Assembly: GCA_963838015.1 (NCBI GenBank)
Contig: CAWIPG010000007.1
Location: forward strand, 114,867-178,866
Direction: 5' to 3'
DNA: 64,000 nt
From: an uncultured Acidobacteriaceae bacterium
GTDB lineage: Bacteria > Acidobacteriota > Terriglobia > Terriglobales > Acidobacteriaceae
Part shown: positions 48,243 through 57,709 of the stretch, piece by piece
How the letters are laid out: every line of letters starts with the position of its first letter
Position numbering within the stretch: the first letter of the stretch is position 1
Notes under the pieces: generated by a model
The model's input: the letters and a program-made list of their open reading frames with translations, nothing else
The model's database searches: none
What the model was told of the DNA's origin: nothing
Made by a program: the position numbers and the translations under genes

Positions 48243-48895
48243 CTAGGCTCGTTGCCCAAGTGCTTCGGTGTGCAGCTTTTGCCATACTTCATGCACCTGT
48301 TCCCGGGTGTGGTCGAGGGAGCCTGTGTTATCGATTACGTAGTCTGCGGCTTTGATTTTTTCGGATTCAGGCAGTTGCGCGGCCATGCGGCGCTCGACTT
48401 CTTTGCGGGCGGCGTCGAACGTCAGCTTCTGGCGGGCGGCGAAGCGGGCGATGCGCTGTTCGTCGCTGCAGGTCACGACGATCAGGCGATCAAAGCCCTT
48501 TGCCGCGCCCGCTTCGATGATGAGCGCCGCTTCCACGATAGCGACGGCGTGCGGATTCTGCCGTCCCATTTCTTCCATCCATTCTTCCTGGCTGCGCAGC
48601 ACTGCGGGATGCACGATACGGTTCAGCTCTTCGACGCGGGATGGGATTCGAGATGAGGCGGATTGGGCTGAGCCGAAGGCAGCTTCGGCCAGTTTGGCGC
48701 GGTTTACGCTGAGGTCGGGATTGAGAATGCCTCCACCAAAATGGCGCACTACTTCGTTGTAGACCGGCTGGCCGGGGAGCATGAGCTCATGGGCGATGCG
48801 GTCCGCCTGGACGAGGTGCGCGCCCAGGGCGACCAACATCTCTCCAACCGCGGACTTCCCCGAGGCGATACCGCCAGTGAGGCCGACTTTCAGCA
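48243..48895 (-). CDS. coaE: dephospho-CoA kinase
   Basis: KVGLTGGIASGKS P-loop at the N-terminus. TTG 48895 lies 4 nt after GGAGG. The ORF-track start 48941 lies inside a palindromic repeat. Confidence 0.85.
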
Positions 48896-48918
48896 ACGTG
48901 CCTCCGCTTTGAGAGCCC

Positions 48919-48998
48919 TCACCACAGAGGCACAGAGACACAGAGACAACCGAAGCACGAAAAAAGAATTTCTCTGTGCCTCTGTGCCTCTGTGGTGA
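48919..48998. repeat. CACAGAG-type palindromic element
   Basis: TCACCACAGAGGCACAGAGACACAGAGA, a 24-nt loop, then TCTCTGTGCCTCTGTGCCTCTGTGGTGA. Confidence 0.8.
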
Positions 48999-49005
48999 AC
49001 GCCTC

Positions 49006-49953
<948 letters not shown>

Positions 49954-50004
49954 TCGGGCTCCAGCAAAGGAAATCTTACACTGCCGAGGCTATCCAGAAA
50001 ATCA

Positions 50005-50099
50005 ATTCACCACGGAGACACGGAGACACAGAGAAAACCAAATATTATTTTTTTCGTTTCCGTTGTTTTTCTCCGTGTCTCCGTGTCTCCGTGGTGAAT
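50005..50099. repeat. CACGGAG-type palindromic element (related to 48919-48998)
   Basis: 33-nt arms ATTCACCACGGAGACACGGAGACACAGAGAAAA / TTTTCTCCGTGTCTCCGTGTCTCCGTGGTGAAT with a 29-nt loop. Confidence 0.8.
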
Positions 50100-50130
50100 C
50101 CGCCTTGGCTTCTGGCGTACAATGCTTCAC

Positions 50131-50301
50131 ATGATTGCCAAGGATTTGCTGGAGATTCTCGTTTGTCCCGCGTGCAAGCAGGCGCTTGATTACCGGGAAA
50201 ATCCTGAGAGCTTGAAGTGCCGGCAGTGCCACCGGGTCTACGCCGTGAAGGACGATATTCCGATCATGCTGGTGGACGAAGCCACCATCGAGAGCGCCTG
50301 A
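50131..50301 (+). CDS. Trm112/UPF0434 family small zinc-ribbon protein (below the ORF-track cutoff)
   Basis: MIAKDLLEILVCPACKQALDYRENPESLKCRQCHRVYAVKDDIPIMLVDEATIESA. An alternative start is ATG 50122. Confidence 0.75.
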   Translation: MIAKDLLEILVCPACKQALDYRENPESLKCRQCHRVYAVKDDIPIMLVDEATIESA

Positions 50302-50324
50302 CCCCGGGCGCGCGCCGGCGATCC

Positions 50325-50375
50325 GATCTTTGAATCTTTACTTCTGAATCTTTACATCTCTACATCAATCTTTAC
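50325..50375 (+). repeat. cluster of short direct repeats (AATCTTTAC)
   Basis: TGAATCTTTAC at 50331 and 50345, CAATCTTTAC at 50366, and partial GATCTTT at 50325. Confidence 0.6.
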
Positions 50376-50787
50376 ATCGATTTGACACGCCTGAAACATC
50401 TCTCCCCGTATCTTCACTATCATTCTTTGGAGACCTAAGCTTCGCAGAACTGGCTTTGCTGGTCTAGTTTTTGCGGACCGTGCTTCGCGGGACATGAACA
50501 GTTTCCAAGGCTGTGGGAAACCCGGCGGTGATTCGGGGGATTCCCGCCCGGAATGACACAATATGTCAGTTTTGAGACTTGCTGAGTACTAATGAGACCT
50601 TATCGGCGGAGGTCACCTCTGTAACGATGTTTGCAACTTCTGGTATTCAGAGGGGTTTATGAATCTAAACCGGCCTGCTATCCGTACTTAAACTTAGGTG
50701 CAGGCCACGGCAGTTAAATTGCATGCAACTTGAGTGGCTGCCGATGAGTCTAATGAACCACAATGGTAGGGAAGGTCGGAATCGGAG

Positions 50788-51066
50788 GTGATGACGGCCA
50801 TGCTGGATAAAGTGATGAACGACAGAGCTGGTAACGATAAAGACAGGTTCACGGCGACCGAACTGGCTGCCTTGCGCAGCGATCTGCTGCAAGGGGGCAT
50901 GATCGATTCCTACGAGGCCGCCGAACTGCTGCAGGTTTTCCTGATGGGCCGGGGCTACGGAGTATCGCCCAAGGCCGCTCTGGATGCGGCGGGCCGCGTC
51001 GAGATGGCAGGGTGCGCTCTGCCTGTGCTGCAGTATGAACTGGAGAACCTCGCGCTGGTGATGTAA
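50788..51066 (+). CDS. hypothetical protein (orphan ORF in accessory patch)
   Basis: Protein-like composition, unlike the overlapping Arg/Ser/Pro-rich antisense ORF 50665-51195. GGAGG lies at 50783-50787. No recognised domain. Confidence 0.4.
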   Translation: MMTAMLDKVMNDRAGNDKDRFTATELAALRSDLLQGGMIDSYEAAELLQVFLMGRGYGVSPKAALDAAGRVEMAGCALPVLQYELENLALVM

Positions 51067-51203
51067 CGGCTTCGCGGCGCGGGCCGGTGAACCCGCGTGC
51101 GGGCGTTGAGACGAAGATTTTGGGGACAAGGAAAATTTGAGATTTTGACATTCTGGCTCGGCTGATCGAAACAAGGTTGACCGAACCAGTTCCACGTAAA
51201 GAT

Positions 51204-51227
51204 AAGCCGGGCCAACCAGCCCGGCTT
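51204..51227 (-). terminator. hairpin terminator of a truncated minus-strand gene remnant
   Basis: AAGCCGGGC-N6-GCCCGGCTT lies about 30 nt after the stop at 51257-51259 of a remnant encoding ...RRRIATVIFGVALLLAGIIRLMI. Confidence 0.45.
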
Positions 51228-51358
51228 TGTGGCGTCTGGACGACGACTTTCCCAGGTCAGATCATAAGTCGGATGATTCCTGCAAGCAGAAGAGCCACGC
51301 CAAAAATCACTGTTGCGATGCGTCGTCGCGGCGTGGCTTTGTTGCGTTCCTTCTCTTC

Positions 51359-52057
51359 AGGAGGCCGCAGGGCGGAAGCGCATCGCCCTTGCTGGCGAAT
51401 ATCTACCTTCACTACGTCTTTGATCTTTGGGTCCAAGCATGGCGTAAGAAGCGTGCGCACGGCGATGTGATCGTGGTGCGCTACGCTGACGATATCGTGG
51501 TTGGATTCGAGTTCAAGACGGAAGCTGAACAGTTCTGGAAAGAACTCGCCGAACGCATGGCGAAATTCCAACTGGAACTGCACCCGGAAAAGACGCGACT
51601 CTTCGAGTTCGGACGCCATGCGGCGGCGAACCGAAAGCGCCTCGGTCTGGGCAAGCCGGAGACCTTCGATTTTCTCGGCTTCAAGCATATTTGCGGGAAG
51701 ACGAAGAAGGAGCGGTTTCTGGTGCTTCGGCAGACGGTTCGCAAACGCATGCAAGCTAAGCTGCAGCAGGTGAAGATCGAGTTGTGGCGACGCATGCATG
51801 ACCCTGTTCCTGAAGTCGGTAAGTGGTTGAAGTCCGTTGTGGGCGGGCATTTTCGTTATTTCGGAGTACCGGGTAACGGTCATGCCATGGCCCATTTTCG
51901 TTTCACCGTGAGCAACCTCTGGCATCGCACGCTGTGCAGACGAAGCCAGCATGGTCGCGTTCTGTGGGAGCGAATGAACCGGCTCATCCGCCGCTGGCTG
52001 CCTCCGGCCCATATCTGCCATCCTTATCCTTCGCGCCGTCTGCGCGTCACCACCTGA
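51359..52057 (+). pseudogene. group II intron reverse transcriptase/maturase, 5'-truncated
   Basis: Homology starts at PQGGSASPLLANIYLHYVFD (RT block 4), then YADDIVV and the maturase/X domain. RT blocks 0-3 are absent in every frame upstream. Confidence 0.8.
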
Positions 52058-52129
52058 GGCAAGAGCCGTATGCGGGAAATCCGCCCGTACGGATCTGTGC
52101 GGGGGGTACGGAGCAATCCGTATCCCTAC
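51360..52129 (+). mobile_element. group II intron 3' fragment (domain IV ORF remnant, domains V and VI)
   Basis: Domain V GAGCCGTATGCGGGAAATCCGCCCGTACGGATC at 52063-52095, followed by a domain VI-like hairpin ending ...CCCTAC at 52129. Confidence 0.75.
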
Positions 52130-52377
52130 CGCGACTCCCTTACACCCCGTGCGCAGCACGGCTAAAAACCTCAACCCCGCAAACCAGCTCACGGGAGCGC
52201 TACAACCTCACCCTCACCGTGCCGGAATCGCCACGCTTCCGGGTAGGGATCGGCGGCAGATCGAAACCGGCAAGCGCCGCTAATCGGACCCGGATCACGG
52301 CGCGGATCGGCGTGACCTGCTCCCCTCTTTCCGAACAAACCTGAGTATGATTTTGTCGAAGGAAAGGGGAAGGGAGT

Positions 52378-52653
52378 ATGTCGAAGAGCAATCACACCGA
52401 GGCGCAGATGATCGGGGCGCTGAAGCAACTGGAGGCGGGGCGCAAGGCGGAGGACGTGGCGCGTGAAGTAGGGGTGTCAAAGCACACGATCTATGCCTGG
52501 AAGGCGAAGTACGGAGGGATGGACGTGAGCGAGGCGCAAGAAGCGAAGCAGTTACGCGACGAAAACACGCGACTCAAGAAGCTGGTAGTGGACCTGAGTC
52601 TGGACAAAGAGATGCTGAAGGCGGTGATCGCAAAAAACGGATGGAGCTCGTAG
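52378..52653 (+). CDS. IS3-family transposase OrfA (HTH)
   Basis: MSKSNHTEAQMIGALKQLEAGRKAEDVAREVGVSKHTIYAWKAKY plus a leucine zipper. Slippery A-AAA-AAC at 52632-52638 for the -1 frameshift into OrfB. Confidence 0.9.
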   Translation: MSKSNHTEAQMIGALKQLEAGRKAEDVAREVGVSKHTIYAWKAKYGGMDVSEAQEAKQLRDENTRLKKLVVDLSLDKEMLKAVIAKNGWSS

Positions 52654-53528
52654 ACCAGCGGGCGGATGCGAACTGGCTGCGGAGCAAGTATGCAGCGAGC
52701 CAGCGCCGGGTTTGCGGGCTGATGGGGATAGCGGTAGCGAGTTACTACTACCGAACGACACGCAGCGATGAGCCGCTGCGCACGCGGCTGGTGGAGTTGG
52801 CGCGAGAGAAGCCGCGCTTCGGGTATCGACGGCTACATGTATTGCTGGGCCGCTCGGGAGAGCAAGTGAACCACAAGCGGGTGCATCGCGTGTACCGGGA
52901 AGCGGGGTTGATGTTGCGGCGGAAAAAGCGCAAGCATTGTGTACGCGAGGGAAGGCCGCTGGTGGCGCGGACTACGGCGAACCAGGAGTGGGCGTTGGAT
53001 TTCGTGCACGACGCGGTGGAATGCGGACGGGCAATCCGGGTGCTGAGCGTGGTGGACGCCTACACGCGAGAGTGTCTGGCTTTGGAAGTGGATACGAGCT
53101 TTGCCAGCCGCAGAGTGACGCGCGTGCTGGAGGCGATCATCGCCGAGCGTGGGATGGCGGGAGCGATTCGCTGCGACAACGGGCCGGAGTTCACCAGCCG
53201 GCATTTTCTGGCATGGGCAGTGGAGAGGCAGATCGAGGTGATCCACATTCAGCCGGGCAAGCCGACGCAGAACGGGCGGATCGAAAGTTTTCACGGACGG
53301 CTGCGGGAAGAGTGTTTGCGCGTGAGCTGGTTTCAAAATCTGTTCGATGCGCGGCGCAAGATCGCGGCGTGGCACAAAGAGTACAACGAGGAGCGACCGC
53401 ACAGCAGCCTGGGATACCGCACGCCGAAGGAATTCGCGGCGGCGCAGGCGGCAGACTTCTACACAGCTGAGCGAGAGGCAAGGGACTGCAGTCGGAAGGT
53501 GTTACGAAACCCACTGGAAAATCGATAA
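52641..53528 (+). CDS. IS3-family transposase OrfB (DDE), 3' end displaced by IS insertion
   Basis: WALDFVHD...VVDAYTRE...DNGPEFTS...YNEERPHSSLGY. The last ~10 codons are read from the inserted IS1182-like end. The native tail resumes at 54990 and stops at about 55070. Confidence 0.85.
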   Translation: MELVDQRADANWLRSKYAASQRRVCGLMGIAVASYYYRTTRSDEPLRTRLVELAREKPRFGYRRLHVLLGRSGEQVNHKRVHRVYREAGLMLRRKKRKHCVREGRPLVARTTANQEWALDFVHDAVECGRAIRVLSVVDAYTRECLALEVDTSFASRRVTRVLEAIIAERGMAGAIRCDNGPEFTSRHFLAWAVERQIEVIHIQPGKPTQNGRIESFHGRLREECLRVSWFQNLFDARRKIAAWHKEYNEERPHSSLGYRTPKEFAAAQAADFYTAEREARDCSRKVLRNPLENR

Positions 53529-54989
53529 CAAGGATGCGAAGATGCCCTGCAAGCGAGGTCATTCATGGCCTATATCGAGGGCGAGCAGCGCAGTCAACAC
53601 AGCTTGTTTCCTACCACGTTGGACGAACTGATTTCAGAGGATCATGTCTGCCGTGTGATCGAGGCGTTTGTGGGCCGGCTGGACATGGCGAAGCTGGGTT
53701 TCATTCGCTCCGAACCGGCTGAGACCGGACGTCCTGGCTACGACCCGCGCGATCTGCTGAAGCTGTATTTGTACGGGTATCTGTGGCAGATTCGGTCCTC
53801 GCGCCGGTTGGAAACCGAGTGCCAGCGCAATGTGGAAGTGATGTGGCTGCTAGGGCGACTGGTTCCCGATTACAAATCGATTGCTGAGTTCCGGCGGATG
53901 CATCGTGAGGCGGTAGCCGAAGCGGGAGCGGAACTTGTGCGTTTCGCGCGCTCTGTGGGATTGGTCCGTGGGGAGTGGGTAGCGATCGATGGTTCGAAGT
54001 TCCAGTCGGTGAGTAGTGTGGATCGGGTCCGCGAGCGGGAGGCGCTGAAGCGTTACCTGGATCAGGTGGAGCGAGCCGACGAAGAAAACGAAGTAGTGAT
54101 TGATGCGAGCGCGGTGGCCGACGCTCTGGAAAAACTAAAGAGCGACCCGGAGCCAGAGGCAGCCTTTATGAAGATTGGACGGCAACTGACGCCTGGCTAC
54201 AACGTACAAACCGCCGTCGATGCGAAACATGGGCTGATCGTGGCTCACAAAGTCACCACCGATGCGAACGATCAACGCATGCTGTTGCCCATGGCGGAAG
54301 CGGCAAAGCAGGCGGTGGGTTCACCGGCCTCTCTGAACGTGATCGCGGATGGCGGCTACTCCAACGGCGAGCAGTCGGAAACCTGCGAGTCCCAAGGTAT
54401 CGTGCCCTACGTGCCTCCCAAGCGCACGGTGAACAACCACGGTGATGGCAAACTATTCGACCGCACTGAGTTCGTCTATGACGAAGCCACAGATACCTTC
54501 CGCTGCCCGGCAGGCCAGACGCTTTGGCGTAAGCAGTTCTCTAAAAAGGATCGCACCGTGACGTATACACCCCGACGAAAAGTCTGTGGACCGTGTGCAC
54601 TCAAAGCGCGTTGCACGCTAGGCCCGCGGCGCTACGTTTCTCGACACCTTCATGAGGGAGCCCTTCAGCGGATGCAGCAACGCACCACACCGGAGGTCAT
54701 GAGGCTGCGAGCAGCGACCGTGGAGCTTCCTTTCGCCGCGCTAAAGTATCGTATCTTCGGACACCCACGCTTTTTGTTGCGCGGCCTCGCAGGAGCACAG
54801 ACGGAGATCAACTTGGCGACGTTGGTTTACAACCTGAAACGAATGCTGAATGTACTAGGTGCCTGTGAGCTCCGAGATGCTCTAACGGTCTGAGCGAGCA
54901 TCGCTCTAGACTGCCACACCTCAAAGAGAAATATTTTGGATCAACCCATCTCCCGCGACGATTTTTCTTGACGCTTTCGTAACACCTTC
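53495..54989 (+). mobile_element. IS1182-family insertion sequence nested in the IS3 element
   Basis: 15-nt terminal inverted repeats GAAGGTGTTACGAAA at both ends enclose a single transposase gene. Confidence 0.75.
53565..54893 (+). CDS. IS1182-family transposase
   Basis: MAYIEGEQRSQHSLFPTTLDELISEDHVCRVIEAFV...GRPGYDPRDLLKLYLYGYLWQIRSSRRLE...EVMWLLGRLVPDYKSIAEFRR. Confidence 0.85.
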   Translation: MAYIEGEQRSQHSLFPTTLDELISEDHVCRVIEAFVGRLDMAKLGFIRSEPAETGRPGYDPRDLLKLYLYGYLWQIRSSRRLETECQRNVEVMWLLGRLVPDYKSIAEFRRMHREAVAEAGAELVRFARSVGLVRGEWVAIDGSKFQSVSSVDRVREREALKRYLDQVERADEENEVVIDASAVADALEKLKSDPEPEAAFMKIGRQLTPGYNVQTAVDAKHGLIVAHKVTTDANDQRMLLPMAEAAKQAVGSPASLNVIADGGYSNGEQSETCESQGIVPYVPPKRTVNNHGDGKLFDRTEFVYDEATDTFRCPAGQTLWRKQFSKKDRTVTYTPRRKVCGPCALKARCTLGPRRYVSRHLHEGALQRMQQRTTPEVMRLRAATVELPFAALKYRIFGHPRFLLRGLAGAQTEINLATLVYNLKRMLNVLGACELRDALTV

Positions 54990-55215
54990 AGACGCCGTCC
55001 CTTGCCCCTCGCGCTCCCCCATCCCGGCTCAAACCGGAGAGGGAGCAACAGAAAGTTGTCGTATTCTTACGTGATCGGAAATCGGGGGCAGGTCAAACAT
55101 ATACCGTAACCGCAGCCATTGCTGGAACCTGGACGTACCTCTCCAGTTGTCTCCAAGGCGCCGAGGCACATATGGAACAGCCCTCTCCCAGAAAGATGAT
55201 TGTGCCCCGACGTGC

Positions 55216-55491
55216 TTAATGGCCCTGGGGATCGTTCCGTGGAGTCAACGGGTTTTCATTATTCATCTTGTCTGCTTCGTGCGCCCCTACCCCTTTGCGG
55301 TATATCCACGAAATACCCGTCGCGATTGAAACGAGCATTAGGGCAACCATGAAAACCCGGATCGCTTGAATCACCGGAAGCAAACTTAGCAGCAGTATGG
55401 CTGCCGCTCTAGGCGAGACCAGTGACAGGAACAAGGCACCGAAGACAGCCGACCAGCAAATGACGAGAATCCGACCGAGGGTATTTCTCAC
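55216..55491 (-). CDS. small multi-pass membrane protein (candidate immunity 2)
   Basis: The GTG start overlaps the preceding stop (GTGA at 55488-55491). Three hydrophobic segments and lower GC than the surroundings. Confidence 0.45.
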   Translation of the reverse strand: MRNTLGRILVICWSAVFGALFLSLVSPRAAAILLLSLLPVIQAIRVFMVALMLVSIATGISWIYRKGVGAHEADKMNNENPLTPRNDPQGH

Positions 55492-55856
55492 GCCTGCACC
55501 CTCCTTCGTCGAATTACCTGCGGGAGATATATGAAGTAACAGTAGACGCAGCTCCCATACCAAAACCCAAACAGGAGAACCAGGAACCATAGTCGCTTAG
55601 AAGATTTCTTCGAGTCGTCCAGCCGCACCCAATACACCCACATGCCAAACCACAAGAAGAGCAGTGCGCATGTTCCCAGTACCCCCAGAATGGTCCATGA
55701 AATTCTCATCCAGAATGCCATCTTTGTCAGGTCTATCCAACCCTGCAACACAGGAAACAGGGCAAAGACCAGAAAGGTGGATGCAAAAAACAGCTTTGCT
55801 ACCCCGGAACTCATGAGCCAATCGTCGGCCATCCCTTTCCAGTGTGGCGGTAGCAT
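55488..55856 (-). CDS. small multi-pass membrane protein (candidate immunity 1)
   Basis: ATG 55856 lies 8 nt after GGGAGG and 73 nt downstream of the RHS toxin stop. Four hydrophobic segments. Confidence 0.55.
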   Translation of the reverse strand: MLPPHWKGMADDWLMSSGVAKLFFASTFLVFALFPVLQGWIDLTKMAFWMRISWTILGVLGTCALLFLWFGMWVYWVRLDDSKKSSKRLWFLVLLFGFWYGSCVYCYFIYLPQVIRRRRVQA

Positions 55857-55929
55857 CTAAAAAACCTCCCTCGTGCCGACTTCCTCGGTACCTGTCTGGT
55901 ACATTCCGGTTCCTTTCTAGCTTGCCAGG

Positions 55930-57120
55930 TTATTCAGAACTTCCCGTATCAGAGTCGGGCGCTGTCTTACTAGCGCCGGTGTCTGCCGAAGGTGGAGCGG
56001 GAGGCAGCGGAGGCTTCGGAGGCGAAGGCAAATTGATCTCATTCTTGACGTTAGTAAAAGCATCTCCCAGTGCGCTCCATCCGTCCTTTGTGGCCCCGAT
56101 TTCCGCACCTGCGAGAGCGATCGCTCCGACCTCAACTCCTATTCCTACACGGTCGCCGTTCGGGTTAACGGTCGTATTGCCCCCAATGGAATCAGTAATT
56201 TCCTTCGTCGGTGTTTCGGCCCCGGTCACCTTGCCTGGATTAGCTGTCAGCACCGTTTGCGACACAGAGACGTTTTCACCTAGCTGCGGGCCATCTCTTG
56301 GCCCGACTTTAACGCCAGCTTCCACCGATTTGGATACCTGGATAGCTGCGTCCTTCGATGTTTCAAGGGTGCCCTTGAAGGCAATGCCGGCCTTAGCCTC
56401 AACAGACCCCCTCGTTAGGCTTATCTCTCCCCCCACCCCTATACTCGCGCTGGCATAGAAAGATGCGGCAAAAGTCTTAATGTCACTCCAAGCCGTCGCC
56501 CAATCTCGTCCATCCGGGTCAATGTACCGTAACGGATTATTGATAGTGTACGAGTATGAGTTGAGGTCCTGCGGATTCCTGAGGTGTTTAGCGGGTTTTG
56601 GATCGGCACTCATGAACCTACCTAAACTCGAAGCATCAAACCTCGCCCCAAAGTTGTCCAGACCACTCTCCGAATCCCGTTCTTTGCCGGTGAACTTGTA
56701 GTTCTGCGCAACATTCGGGCAGTAGTCATCCTGTACGCCGCCGTAGGGATAGTAATCAATATCCTGCTCGCAGGCGCTGCCTGTCGCATTCTCCACTACG
56801 CCGTGCGATCCCAGATGATCGGAGAAATAATAATGGACCGCCCCCGCACTATCGACACGCGCCACCCGCTGCCCGTTGAAAAAGATGTAGTTGTTCTGCA
56901 CGTTTCCCGATAAATCCGTCTCCGTCAGCGCATCGCTTACGAAATTGCCCCTCCAATAAAGAGTTCCCGTGGCACCGCTGGCGGACGGGTGGCCCAGCCT
57001 TCCGTCCTTTTTTCTTCCCGTTCCGGAACTCTGGGTGCCCCGTCCTTGCGTTTTTTGCAAGGGCGGGTACGATGCTGCCTGTAGCATGTTGCTTGTCATG
57101 CCCAGCGGCCTGCATCGCAC
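55930..57120 (-). pseudogene. RHS repeat-associated core protein, 5'-truncated orphan C-terminal fragment with unassigned toxin tip
   Basis: YD/RHS motifs YYFSDHLGS, DYYPYGG, FTGKERDSESGLDNFGARFDASSLGRFMSADP and boundary RYIDPDGRDW, then about 190 aa of unmatched Gly/Ala/Val/Thr-rich sequence with a Pro-rich tail. Codons upstream of about 56975 are read from a REP element. Confidence 0.75.
57033..57070. repeat. REP element, left flank of RayT gene
   Basis: GGGTGCCCCGTCCTTGCGTTTTTTGCAAGGGCGGGTAC. Confidence 0.75.
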
Positions 57121-57646
57121 TTACGGCGCTCATCACCTGCACTTTATCACCTGCTCCTGCTACCGGCGACTGCCTTTTCTGAGCACCGCGCGCAGCCGTG
57201 ACCGCTTCCTCTCGATTCTGGAACGGACGCGCGAGCGCTATCGCTTCGTAGTCGTCGGCTACGTGGTCATGCCCGAGCACATCCACCTTCTGCTGACCGA
57301 GCCCGAGGTGGCGAATCCTTCCACCGCGATGCAAGTGTTGAAACAGCGCACGGCACGGGCGTTACTACCGAAGAGCAAGCGGAAGGACCCGCGCCAGCGT
57401 AGTCTGTTCGTCGGGGAGTCGCAGCGCCGGGCGTTCTGGCAGGCGCGCTTTTACGACTTCAACGTGTGGACGACGAAGAAGCGCGTGGAGAAGCTGAGGT
57501 ATATGCATCGCAATCCGGTGAAACGAGGACTGGTGGAATCGCCGGAACAATGGCGCTGGAGCAGTTATCGTTTCTATCTTCTGAATGAGGCGGGGCCGGT
57601 GGCCGTGAATGAGGGCTGGGCCAAGATTTCATTTCGGGCGGCATAA
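57098..57646 (+). CDS. REP-associated tyrosine transposase (RayT, IS200/IS605-like Y1 HUH)
   Basis: HLHFITCSCYRR, HUH motif MPEHIHLLL and catalytic Tyr context RYMHRNPV. Confidence 0.85.
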   Translation: MPSGLHRTYGAHHLHFITCSCYRRLPFLSTARSRDRFLSILERTRERYRFVVVGYVVMPEHIHLLLTEPEVANPSTAMQVLKQRTARALLPKSKRKDPRQRSLFVGESQRRAFWQARFYDFNVWTTKKRVEKLRYMHRNPVKRGLVESPEQWRWSSYRFYLLNEAGPVAVNEGWAKISFRAA

Positions 57647-57669
57647 AACCGTGAGTGCATGCGTCCGTG

Positions 57670-57709
57670 GTACCCGCCCTTCGCAAAGTGCGCGAAGGAC
57701 GGGGCACCC
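57670..57709. repeat. REP element, right flank of RayT gene (inverted relative to left)
   Basis: GTACCCGCCCTTCGCAAAGTGCGCGAAGGACGGGGCACCC. Confidence 0.75.

Larger units (their letters stand above)
52313..55095 (+). mobile_element. IS3-family insertion sequence, interrupted by a second IS
   Basis: Terminal inverted repeats TGACCTGCTCCCC (52313) and the reverse complement of GGGGGCAGGTCA (ends 55095). About 1.29 kb once the nested element is removed. Confidence 0.8.

Noticed and set aside
50352-50561. 69-aa minus-strand ORF in the non-coding stretch after trm112.
   Set aside because: No RBS and an implausible composition. It overlaps the short-repeat cluster.
51197-51204. GTAAAGAT, the reverse complement of the ATCTTTAC repeat core, as a possible right-hand inverted end of an element starting at 50331.
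   Set aside because: An 8-mer match is expected by chance about once or twice in 64 kb on two strands, and there is no extended similarity around it.
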